Below, piece after piece: positions 25,486 through 33,846 of a stretch of DNA of 64,000 nt (position 1 is its first letter; each line of letters opens with the position of its first letter). The stretch covers positions 2,320-66,319 of the forward strand of contig JANOJN010000079.1 in assembly GCA_031418775.1 (NCBI GenBank). Reading direction: 5' to 3'. The notes below the pieces were generated by a model. It was given only the letters and a program-made list of their open reading frames with translations. It was not told where the DNA came from and searched no databases. The stretch comes from Acidimicrobiia bacterium. Lineage in GTDB: Bacteria > Actinomycetota > Acidimicrobiia > Acidimicrobiales > JANYDT01. The position numbers were made by a program, and so were the translations under genes.

Positions 25486-28119
25486 ATGGGATTGGGTGAG
25501 CACGGACGCTCCGAAATCGACGCTTCGGCGCCGCCGCGTTCTGCCGCGTCTGATCCCGCAATCGGTGGGGCGGGGCGGGTGGCGATGCTCACGTTCGGCC
25601 TTTGGGTCACTTCAGCGGCCGCCATCCTCTCGCTGAGAGGATCCGAGCACTGGACCGACCCCGCCCGCTGGCCCTGGTGGTTTGCCGTGCCAACACTGGC
25701 GTTGATGTTCGGAGCGGCCGAGATCTTCGTCGTCCATCTCCATGTTCGAGGCGAAGCCCACACCTTCGCACTGCGTGAACTGCCGGTCGCGCTCGGGCTG
25801 TTCTTCGTCTCTCCCTTCGTGGTCATCGGCACGCAGATCCTCGGCGGAACCTTGGCCCTGAAGCTGCACCGGAAGCAGGGCCCGCTCAAGCTGCTGTTCA
25901 ACACCGCCGCCTTCGTGGCGGCAGACGTCGTGTCGATCGGGCTCTTCCGCCTTCTCGCGCCCGATCGGGCCCCGATCGACGAGATGGTGCTGATCAAGGG
26001 CTCGGCTGCCCTTCTCGCCGGCTCGATCCTGTCGGTCTTCCTTGTATTCCTCGCGATATCGCTCGCCACGGGCGCCTGGCGGCTCTCCGAGCTCAGCGCC
26101 GGCGTCCGCTTCGCTCTGGTGACGAACATCTTCACCGTGAGCCTCGGGGCCATCGCGGTGATCGTGGTCGACGCCCGGCCCTGGCTCTCCGGACTGCTCG
26201 TCGTGCCCACCGGTGGCATCTACCTGGCGAATTGGGCCTACACCACGCAGCGTCGACGTCACGAGGGCCTCGAATTCCTCTACAGCTCGACCAAACTGCT
26301 GCACGAGTCGTCAGACCTGGAATCAGGTATGACCGAACTACTCCGTCATGTCCGCGACACGTTCCAGGCCGAGGCGGCCGAGCTCATCTACCTGTCGGAA
26401 ACCACCGATTCGCCGGTCTGTGTTCGGGTCGGTCCGGGGGAATTGGTGCAGGCGTTCGGCACGCTGGACGACACCCACCATCTGCTCATCGGTCTCCTCG
26501 AATCCCGACACTCGTCGATTCTCGACGCCACCGTTGCGGGTGAGGCCGGTCAGGGCGGTGAATTCCTCCGCCAGCGCGGCTACAAAGACGCCATGATCAT
26601 CCCGCTCATCGGTGAATCACGACTCATCGGCGGCTTGGTCGTTGCCATTCATCTGAGCGACGTCGTCGGGTTCGACGGGAACGATGTCCGCCTGGCCGAA
26701 ACGCTGGCCAACCACACGGCGATCGCGTTGGAGAACGGCCGTCTCGAGCAGTCACTTGCCCGGCTGCGGGTGATGGAAGGCCGGTTGACCTTCCAAGCGA
26801 CCCATGATCCCCTGACCAGCCTGGCCAACCGCTCCCTGTTCCGGACCGAGGTCCAGGACGCCATCGAGCGTTGCGAGCCGGCGCGTGGTGCGGCCCTGTT
26901 CATCGATCTCGACGACTTCAAGACCGTGAACGACAGCTTCGGCCATGCCACCGGTGACTCCCTGCTCATCGAGGTGGCGCGCCGTTTGAAGGGGTGCGTG
27001 AACCCAACCGAGACCGTCGCCCGCCTCGGCGGTGACGAGTTCGCCATCCTTCTCCCGGATGCCGAGCATGGCGGCGCCGTCGACGCCGTGGCCCAGCGGA
27101 TCCTCGACGCTCTCGATGATCCGGTCCGTATCGGTGACCTGCGTCTCCAGGTTCGCGCCAGCGTCGGCGTCGCCCTCATGGAACCGGGAACCGACGCCAC
27201 GGCGCTCATGCGCAACGCCGACACGGCGATGTACATCGCTAAGGCAAAGGGCAAGGGCCGCTCCGTCACGTTCTCGTCGTCCATGCACGAATCGACCCTG
27301 CATCGCTACAACCTTCGAACGGAACTCGAAGAGGCGTTGACCCGCGGCGAACTCTCGGCCGTCTACCAGCCGATCGTGACGCTGGCAACCAACGGGTTGG
27401 TCGGTGCCGAAGCCCTGGTGCGCTGGAACCATCCTGCGCTTGGCTATCTCGAGCCTGATGTGTTCCTCGGCGTCGCGCAGGAATCGGGACTCATCGCCGC
27501 GCTCGACATGGCCGTGCTCGACCTCGCCTGCGCGTGGGTGGCCCGAAGCGATGCCGTCGGCATCGGTGTTCCCTGGGTCTCGGTGAACATCTCCCCGCGG
27601 AGCTTCCGGGAACCGGGTCTCGTCGATCGGATCAGCTCGGCCCTCGGGCGAACCGGTCTGGCGGCGTCTCGTCTTGTCATCGAGATCACCGAAGACCTCG
27701 TCGACGAAGATCTCGATCACGCGGTCGAGGTGCTCCGTCAGCTCCGCCTGGTCGGTGTGGGCTTGGCCCTCGACGACTTCGGGACGGGGTACTCGTCGCT
27801 CAGTCATCTGCGGATGATGCCGGTCGACACCATCAAGATCGCCAAACCCTTCGTGGATGACCTCGAGACGTCAATCGACGAGCAGGCGTTCGCGACCGCC
27901 ATCGTCACCCTGGCGGACAACCTCGGGAAATTCACCGTTGCCGAGGGCATCGAACGGCCGGAACAACTCGATGCCCTTCTCGCCATGGGGTGCGACGCCG
28001 GTCAGGGATACCTCTTCGCCCGGCCGATGGACGAGGCAACGTTTGCCACCTGGATGCGTCAGTCGGCCGGCCGGGTGGGCGGAGAACCGCTTCCCTCGTT
28101 GCGCCACTCGACGCCCTGA
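25486..28119 (+). CDS. Membrane sensor - GAF - GGDEF - EAL protein (c-di-GMP turnover)
   Basis: N-terminal multi-TM region. RLGGDEFAIL (GGDEF), GAEALVRW (EAL) and LDDFGTGYSSL motifs are all intact. Confidence 0.9.
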   Translation: MGLGEHGRSEIDASAPPRSAASDPAIGGAGRVAMLTFGLWVTSAAAILSLRGSEHWTDPARWPWWFAVPTLALMFGAAEIFVVHLHVRGEAHTFALRELPVALGLFFVSPFVVIGTQILGGTLALKLHRKQGPLKLLFNTAAFVAADVVSIGLFRLLAPDRAPIDEMVLIKGSAALLAGSILSVFLVFLAISLATGAWRLSELSAGVRFALVTNIFTVSLGAIAVIVVDARPWLSGLLVVPTGGIYLANWAYTTQRRRHEGLEFLYSSTKLLHESSDLESGMTELLRHVRDTFQAEAAELIYLSETTDSPVCVRVGPGELVQAFGTLDDTHHLLIGLLESRHSSILDATVAGEAGQGGEFLRQRGYKDAMIIPLIGESRLIGGLVVAIHLSDVVGFDGNDVRLAETLANHTAIALENGRLEQSLARLRVMEGRLTFQATHDPLTSLANRSLFRTEVQDAIERCEPARGAALFIDLDDFKTVNDSFGHATGDSLLIEVARRLKGCVNPTETVARLGGDEFAILLPDAEHGGAVDAVAQRILDALDDPVRIGDLRLQVRASVGVALMEPGTDATALMRNADTAMYIAKAKGKGRSVTFSSSMHESTLHRYNLRTELEEALTRGELSAVYQPIVTLATNGLVGAEALVRWNHPALGYLEPDVFLGVAQESGLIAALDMAVLDLACAWVARSDAVGIGVPWVSVNISPRSFREPGLVDRISSALGRTGLAASRLVIEITEDLVDEDLDHAVEVLRQLRLVGVGLALDDFGTGYSSLSHLRMMPVDTIKIAKPFVDDLETSIDEQAFATAIVTLADNLGKFTVAEGIERPEQLDALLAMGCDAGQGYLFARPMDEATFATWMRQSAGRVGGEPLPSLRHSTP

Positions 28120-28277
28120 CGCCGAGCGCGGCCAGCGCTCGAAGGTGTCCGGACCGGCTGAGGGTCAGTTCAGTAGTGAGAGGTGGTGCAGAGCCTCCCG
28201 ACTCATTCATTCGACCACGCAGAGTGGCGATGATGGGTGCGTGGTCATGGAAGACCACCCGAAACCCGGAGTAGCCG

Positions 28278-29864
28278 ATGCGTCACTTCCCCAAGCCTGC
28301 CAATGTCCCTTCCGGAGCCACCTGGCTCCGTCACATCCTGCGTGGCCGCACGACAGGCCTCGTGCTCGGCACCATTCTCACCGGCGCCAGCCTTGTCCCG
28401 GCCATCGGTGCCCAGCCTGCGTCGGCCGCCGGTTACGACCCCACGACGGACCCGTACTCCATGGCCGCGGTCACCTCACAGACGGGTGCCACGGCGTGGT
28501 GGAACGCGGGCTTCACCGGGCGGGGCGTTGACGTCGCCGTCATTGATACCGGCGTGTCACCGGTTCCCGGCCTCGATGCGCCCGGCAAGATCATCCACGG
28601 CGCCGACCTCTCCCTGGAGTCCCAGGCGCCGAACCTGACCCGGCTCGACTCGAACGGCCACGGCACCTTCATGGCCGGGCTCATCGCGGGGAAGGACGCT
28701 GCTCTCACCGCGCCGTATGCCAACGCTCCCGCCACCGCGTATCGCGGGATTGCCCCGGATGCCCGCATTGTCAGCGTCAAGGTCGGCACCGCTGACGGAG
28801 GCGTCGACGTCACCCAGGTCATTGCCGCCATCGACTGGGTCGTCCAGAACAAGAACAACAACGGGCTGAACATCCGCGTGCTCAACCTGTCGTATGGGAC
28901 GAACTCGTTGCAGGACGCCGCCGCCGACCCGCTCTCGTATGCGGTGGAACAGGCGTGGAAGCGCGGCATCGTGGTCGTGGTTGCCGCCGGGAATACCGGT
29001 TACCAGAGGGGTAAGGGCGCTCCTGGCTTGGCCAACCCCGCATACAACCCGTTCGTCATCGGTGTCGGCGGCTACGACACGATGGGCACGGCCCTCCCGA
29101 ACGACGATGTGATGGGCGCCTACTCGGCGAGCTCGACCGGATGTGGGGCCAAATGCAAGAACCCTGACTTCGTTGCCGTGGGTTCGCACCTCCAGGGCCT
29201 TCGGGTTCCGAACGGGCACCGGGACGTGACGAGCCCTGAGGGCCGGATCGATGCCCGCTACTTCCGGGGTTCCGGGACTTCGCAGGCCGCCGCCATCGCG
29301 TCCGGCACGATCGCCCTGATCCTGCAGAAGTACCCGAATCTGACCCCGGACCAGGTCAAGCGCTTCATCGCCAACAACGGCAAGAAGGTTCCGGGGGCCG
29401 ACAGCCAGGCTCAGGGCGGCGGCGAGATCGACCTCGTCAAGCTCGCCGGCCTGACTCCGTCAGCCTTCACGCAGACCTTCTTCCCGTCCAAGGGCGGCGG
29501 CACGATCGAGGACGCCCGCGGTTCTGATCACCTCACGGCCAACGGCGTGACCCTCACCGGCGAGAAGGACATCTTCGGGCGGGCCATCGATACGAAGGCA
29601 CTGGCTTTGGCGCAGGCGGCCGGATCCTCCTGGTCCGGTGGCACCTGGAACGGCTCGACGTGGTCGGGCAGTTCGTGGTCGGGCTCGTCGTGGTCGGGCA
29701 GCTCATGGTCGGGTAGCTCGTGGTCCGGATCGTCATGGTCGGGATCCTCCTGGTCGGGGTCCTCGTGGTCAGGTAGTTCGTGGTCGGGCTCGTCGTGGTC
29801 GGGCTCGTCGTGGTCGGGCAGCTCCTGGTCCGGCTCGTCGTGGTCCGGCGGTACCTGGAACTGA
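28278..29864 (+). CDS. Secreted subtilisin-like S8 serine protease with a C-terminal Trp-pentapeptide repeat tail
   Basis: Catalytic triad motifs VAVIDTGV (Asp), HGTFMAGLIAG (His) and GTSQAAAIASG (Ser). N-terminal signal-like segment. GGAG lies 6 nt before ATG 28278. Confidence 0.9.
   Translation: MRHFPKPANVPSGATWLRHILRGRTTGLVLGTILTGASLVPAIGAQPASAAGYDPTTDPYSMAAVTSQTGATAWWNAGFTGRGVDVAVIDTGVSPVPGLDAPGKIIHGADLSLESQAPNLTRLDSNGHGTFMAGLIAGKDAALTAPYANAPATAYRGIAPDARIVSVKVGTADGGVDVTQVIAAIDWVVQNKNNNGLNIRVLNLSYGTNSLQDAAADPLSYAVEQAWKRGIVVVVAAGNTGYQRGKGAPGLANPAYNPFVIGVGGYDTMGTALPNDDVMGAYSASSTGCGAKCKNPDFVAVGSHLQGLRVPNGHRDVTSPEGRIDARYFRGSGTSQAAAIASGTIALILQKYPNLTPDQVKRFIANNGKKVPGADSQAQGGGEIDLVKLAGLTPSAFTQTFFPSKGGGTIEDARGSDHLTANGVTLTGEKDIFGRAIDTKALALAQAAGSSWSGGTWNGSTWSGSSWSGSSWSGSSWSGSSWSGSSWSGSSWSGSSWSGSSWSGSSWSGSSWSGSSWSGSSWSGGTWN
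29625..29861 (+). repeat. In-frame 15-bp tandem repeat (~16 units) encoding (S/G)(S/T)W(S/N)G
   Basis: SSWSG GTWNG STWSG, then (SSWSG)x12, then GTWN. Ser codons vary between units (tcc, tcg, tca, agc, agt). Confidence 0.95.
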
Positions 29865-29891
29865 CCAAGTCAGTCGACCCAATCGAACACG

Positions 29892-29919
29892 AAGGAGCCG
29901 GCCGCAAGGCCGGCTCCTT
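29892..29919 (+). terminator. Intrinsic terminator-like hairpin after the S8 protease gene
   Basis: Perfect 12-bp stem AAGGAGCCGGCC / GGCCGGCTCCTT with a GCAA loop, followed by a short T run (TTT). Confidence 0.6.
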
Positions 29920-30015
29920 TAGCCGTTCACACACGCGTTCAGGTGCCGAATCGCAAGTTCATTGCGATCGTGTTCTGCGGCCGGCGTCAGAAGCGGAAGT
30001 GTACGGTCGCGGCCC

Positions 30016-30609
30016 ATGGAGTCGCCAGAACGAATCGCATGGATCGACACGATCGCCGAGGACGCAGCGGAGGGTCTGCTCCGAGAGCTTTACGACGCGG
30101 AACGCGAGAAGTCCATCGGCGTTGTCGACAACATCTTGAAGGTGCATGCTCTCCACCCCGAGACAATGCGTGCACATATCGATCTCTACCGGACCGTGAT
30201 GTACGGGCGTTCCGGTGTGACCCGCATCGAGCGGGAGATGATCGGTGTGGTCGTGTCAGAAATCAACAGCTGCCACTACTGACTTGCCCACCACGCGGCC
30301 GGTCTGGTCCGCCTCTGCAAGAACGTAGCTCTCGTACGTACGCTTATTGATGACCACGAGGCCGCCGAGATCACCGACCGTCAACGCGCCATCCTCGCCT
30401 ACGCCGTTCGCCTGACGGTCGCCCCGGGCGCGATGAACGAAGATTCACTCGCTCCGCTGCGGGACAACGGCCTGTCGGACCGTGACATCCTCGACGTCAA
30501 TCAGGTGACTGCGTACTTCGCCTACGTGAACCGGGTCGCCGACGGTCTCGGCGTGGTGACCGATGCGTACGCGGAAGACGCCTACCGGAGCATCGTCGCC
30601 CCCGACTGA
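30016..30609 (+). CDS. AhpD/carboxymuconolactone-decarboxylase-like peroxidase-related protein with in-frame TGA (30280-30282): candidate selenoprotein, alternatively a pseudogene
   Basis: The frame stays open for 108 codons after the TGA and ends at TGA 30607-30609. The motif reads VSEINSCHY-[TGA]-LAHH, where the family has C-x-x-C-x-x-x-H. The downstream half has no start codon of its own and shows protein-like codon usage. Confidence 0.6.
30295..30312 (+). promoter_or_regulatory. SECIS-like stem-loop 12 nt downstream of the in-frame TGA
   Basis: GCGGCC-GGUCU-GG(U)CCGC: 6 bp stem with one bulged U and a GGUC-containing apical loop. Confidence 0.4.
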
Positions 30610-30636
30610 GCAGGCCCGTTCCGTCGACGGTGCCGC

Positions 30637-32046
30637 TCAGAGGTCAGGATGCCCGGTGGAGAACCCGCTGGCTGCCTCATAGGCGGCACCGGCGGAGAGC
30701 AACGTCGCTTCGGACAACGCCGGCCCGATCAGCTGGAATCCGAGCGGTGAGCCCTCGGCCGCACGGCCCATCGGGAGCGTGAGTGACGGGACGCCGGCGA
30801 GGTTGAACGGAATCGTGTAGCGCATGAAGCCGGCCGAGTCGACGGGCGACGAACCCACCGACGCCTTCATCTGCGACGCCAGCAGGGGAGCGATGGGGAG
30901 GACCGGGGCGACCATCATGTCAACCTCCGCGAACACCCGGTGCAGCGCTCCACGGAACTCGCGGCGCCAAATAGCCACCGTGGCGTAATCCACCGCGGTG
31001 GAAGCGCGGCCGAGATCGAGGAGGTCGCGGTATGGCTGGCCGTAGCTGGCACGCTCCGACGGGTAGCTCGCGGCGTGGGAGATGGCCGCTTCGGCAGCCG
31101 CCGCCATCACTGCACGCGGCAGGATCGCGTCCACCTCGGGCACCCGTACATCGACGATGACAGCCCGCTGATCCTTCAACAGGGCAATGGCCGCGGTGAG
31201 CGCCGAGAACGTCGGACCGTCCACGTCGCCCAAGGCATACGCCTGATCGACACCGATCCGGACACCGTGAAGCCGCGCCGCTAGCGCTGCCGATGCGCAG
31301 TCGCCCACGGGTTCCGTCAGCGATGTGACGTCGAGAGGGTCGTGCCCGGCCATGGCCTCGTACATCAGGGCAACGTCGAGGACCGAGCGGGCCATCGGAC
31401 CGACGTGATCGAACGTGTCGGACAACGGAAACACGCCGTGGCGGCTCACCCGACCCCACGTCGGCTTCAAGCCGACCAGATGGTTGGCGGCAGACGGAAA
31501 GCGGATCGACCCCGCGGTATCGGTGCCGACGGCCCCGTACGCCAGACCGGCGGCCACCGAAACGCCCGAGCCGCTTGACGATGCACCCGACCAGCGATCC
31601 TCGGCCCACGGGTTGACCGGCGTGGCGACATCGGGATGATGGGATCCCCACGCGCCTTCGGTCAGCTGTGCCTTGCCGATAATGATGGCGCCGGCGTCCT
31701 GCAGCCTCGTCACCACCGTGGCGGTGTCGGTGGACGAGAATCCCGTCGAGAAAAACCCACCGGCACGGGTCGGCGTGCCGGCCATCGCGCACAGATCTTT
31801 GACGGCGACCGGGACGCCGTGCAGCGGGCCGAGCGCGTCCCCGCGGGCTCTACGGGCGTCAGCGTCCTCCGCGTCCCGCAACGCATCGTCGCCTCTTACG
31901 AACGCGAACGCGTGCAGGCGTGGATCGAGGCGCGTGATTCGGTCGAGTGTGTGTTGCGTGACCTCGGTGGCGGAGAGGCCGCCCGAACGGATATCGGCCG
32001 CTACGTCAGCGAGATGGCGGTAGTGGAGTTCCTCAGCGGCGGCCAC
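30637..32046 (-). CDS. Amidase (amidase-signature family)
   Basis: VAVKDL catalytic Lys region and GASSSGSGVSVAAGL signature. Likely GTG start at 32046 with GAAAGGA upstream (alternative GTG at 32088). The 567-aa ORF in the track would overlap the upstream ABC gene. Confidence 0.85.
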   Translation of the reverse strand: MAAAEELHYRHLADVAADIRSGGLSATEVTQHTLDRITRLDPRLHAFAFVRGDDALRDAEDADARRARGDALGPLHGVPVAVKDLCAMAGTPTRAGGFFSTGFSSTDTATVVTRLQDAGAIIIGKAQLTEGAWGSHHPDVATPVNPWAEDRWSGASSSGSGVSVAAGLAYGAVGTDTAGSIRFPSAANHLVGLKPTWGRVSRHGVFPLSDTFDHVGPMARSVLDVALMYEAMAGHDPLDVTSLTEPVGDCASAALAARLHGVRIGVDQAYALGDVDGPTFSALTAAIALLKDQRAVIVDVRVPEVDAILPRAVMAAAAEAAISHAASYPSERASYGQPYRDLLDLGRASTAVDYATVAIWRREFRGALHRVFAEVDMMVAPVLPIAPLLASQMKASVGSSPVDSAGFMRYTIPFNLAGVPSLTLPMGRAAEGSPLGFQLIGPALSEATLLSAGAAYEAASGFSTGHPDL

Positions 32047-32248
32047 GGCGTTCGTCCTTTCGCAGGCTCGTTCGATGTGGTGTCGCACGGCTTCACATGG
32101 CTTCAGCTGGCCAACGACACGATGACCACGACATCGTCTGTCGGCCGGGCCTTCTCGGCGCCAGCTCCCGGATGCGGCATCAGGCGCGGGTCCGGCCGGT
32201 CCGGTACCGCCTCCCCGATGGGGAGACAGCACCGGCCAAACGACGGAT

Positions 32249-33031
32249 TCAGTGCACCTCGCCGCCGAGGTAGCTCGCTTCGAGCAGGTCACGGCGAGCC
32301 AGGAGTTCGGCGGCGGTGCCGGAAAGCACCAGTTCGCCATGGTTCAGCACGTAGCCGCGGTCGGCGATGGACAGCGCCATGTGCACGTGCTGCTCGACGA
32401 TGAGGACGGCGGTGCCGGTCTCGTCGGCGATTCGGCGCACGATCGGGATCATCCGCTCCACGATGATCGGCGCCAGGCCCATGCTCATCTCGTCGATGAG
32501 AAGGGCCTTGGGCTCCGACACCAACGCACGCGCCATGGCCAGCATCTGCTGCTCGCCACCCGACAGCAGTCCCGAGAGTCGACTGCGCAACGGAGCGAGC
32601 GCCGGGAAGAGTTCCATGGCACGCTCCATGGCTGCCTTCTGTTGCGATCGCGGACCGGTGAGGCCGAGACGCAAGTTCTCCGCCACCGTGAGGTCGAAGA
32701 AGAGCGAACGATCCTCGGCCACATGGGCGAGGCCGCTGCGGGCGACCAGGTGCGGCTTGCCGAGGGGGATCTCCTTTCCGAATACCTCGACCGATCCGGC
32801 GACGGGTCGAAGGATCCCGGAGATGGTCAGCAGCGTGGTGGTCTTACCGGCGCCGTTCGGGCCGAGCAGGGCGACCACCTCACCCTTGCCGACATGGAGG
32901 TCAAGGTTGCGCACGACGGGAATCCCGCCATAGCCGGCCGCCAGGCCGGAGATCTTGATCACGGTCTCGGGAGGGGCAATGACCGCGTTCGAACTGCTAC
33001 GCAGGGGCGACTGGATTTCGGACTGACTCAT
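32249..33031 (-). CDS. Branched-chain amino acid-type ABC transporter ATPase (LivF-like)
   Basis: Walker [10 protein letters not shown], signature LSGGEQQML, Walker B LLIDEMS. Confidence 0.9.
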   Translation of the reverse strand: MSQSEIQSPLRSSSNAVIAPPETVIKISGLAAGYGGIPVVRNLDLHVGKGEVVALLGPNGAGKTTTLLTISGILRPVAGSVEVFGKEIPLGKPHLVARSGLAHVAEDRSLFFDLTVAENLRLGLTGPRSQQKAAMERAMELFPALAPLRSRLSGLLSGGEQQMLAMARALVSEPKALLIDEMSMGLAPIIVERMIPIVRRIADETGTAVLIVEQHVHMALSIADRGYVLNHGELVLSGTAAELLARRDLLEASYLGGEVH

Positions 33032-33840
33032 CAGTGGTTCCTTCCTGCTGCCGCAGCAGCGGCAGCACCTTCCTGGGCTTGAAGTTCGCCGGCCTCGGCG
33101 CCGAGGTACGCGCCAATCACGGCCGGGTTGGTTCGGATCTGATCAGGCGTTCCTTCGGCAATGATGCGACCGAAATCGAGCACGTAGATGTAGTCGCAAA
33201 CGTTGAGCACCAGGCCCATGTCGTGGTCGATGAGGAACACGGTGATGTCCTGGGTCAGGAAGTCACGCAGATGCGAGCCGAGCGTCTGCGACTCGGCGGT
33301 GTCGAGCCCGGCGGCCGGTTCGTCGAGGAGCACCACCTTCGGACGGCTCGCCAGTGCGCGAGCGACGCTGACGAGCTTGCGCTGACCATGGGAGAGGTCG
33401 AGCGTGAGACGATCACGCAGGTCGCCGAGGCCCATGATGTCGAGCGCCCACTCGGCCTGTTCCGACGCCGCGAGCCGTCGGTTCGGCCGTACGAGATCGG
33501 TAAGGAAAGAGGTGAACGACGGCCGTTCGGCGTGCACGAGGAGGTTGTCCCACACCGTGAGGTCGTCGAAGAGCTCGAGCGACTGGAACGTGCGAGTGAG
33601 GCCGGCATCGGCGCGCTGCGCTGGGGACAGGGACGTGATGTCGTGTCCGTTGAAATGCACCGTTCCCCGGGTCGGCGGGGTGAATCCGGTGATGGCGTCG
33701 ATGAACGTCGTCTTGCCGGCGCCGTTCGGGCCGATGAGCCCGCACACCATGCCGGACTGGACGACGAGGTCGACATCGTCGTTGGCGTTGAGTCCGCCGT
33801 AGGAGACGGTGAGTCCTTTGGCTTCGAGGATCGCAGTCAT
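33031..33840 (-). CDS. Branched-chain amino acid-type ABC transporter ATPase (LivG-like)
   Basis: Walker [10 protein letters not shown], signature LSHGQRKLV, Walker [10 protein letters not shown]. 1-bp overlap with the downstream ATPase gene. Confidence 0.9.
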   Translation of the reverse strand: MTAILEAKGLTVSYGGLNANDDVDLVVQSGMVCGLIGPNGAGKTTFIDAITGFTPPTRGTVHFNGHDITSLSPAQRADAGLTRTFQSLELFDDLTVWDNLLVHAERPSFTSFLTDLVRPNRRLAASEQAEWALDIMGLGDLRDRLTLDLSHGQRKLVSVARALASRPKVVLLDEPAAGLDTAESQTLGSHLRDFLTQDITVFLIDHDMGLVLNVCDYIYVLDFGRIIAEGTPDQIRTNPAVIGAYLGAEAGELQAQEGAAAAAAAGRNH

Positions 33841-33846
33841 GACGGA

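Noticed and set aside
29625-29861. Regular 15-bp periodic repeat considered as a possible CRISPR-like or non-coding satellite array
   Set aside because: The units are contiguous with no spacers, are in frame with the S8 protease ORF, and vary mainly at synonymous positions. It is a coding peptide repeat.
28278-29864. S8 protease as a mycosin (ESX secretion) or lanthipeptide leader protease
   Set aside because: No ESX/type VII components and no lanthipeptide synthetase or precursor genes lie nearby, and the protein has no C-terminal TM anchor as mycosins do.
30016-30282. Accepting the AhpD-like ORF as a complete ~88-106-aa gene ending at TGA 30280
   Set aside because: That would cut the family's catalytic motif in half and leave 324 nt of open, codon-biased, homologous-looking sequence unexplained. 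Read-through (Sec) or a pseudogene is more consistent with the sequence.
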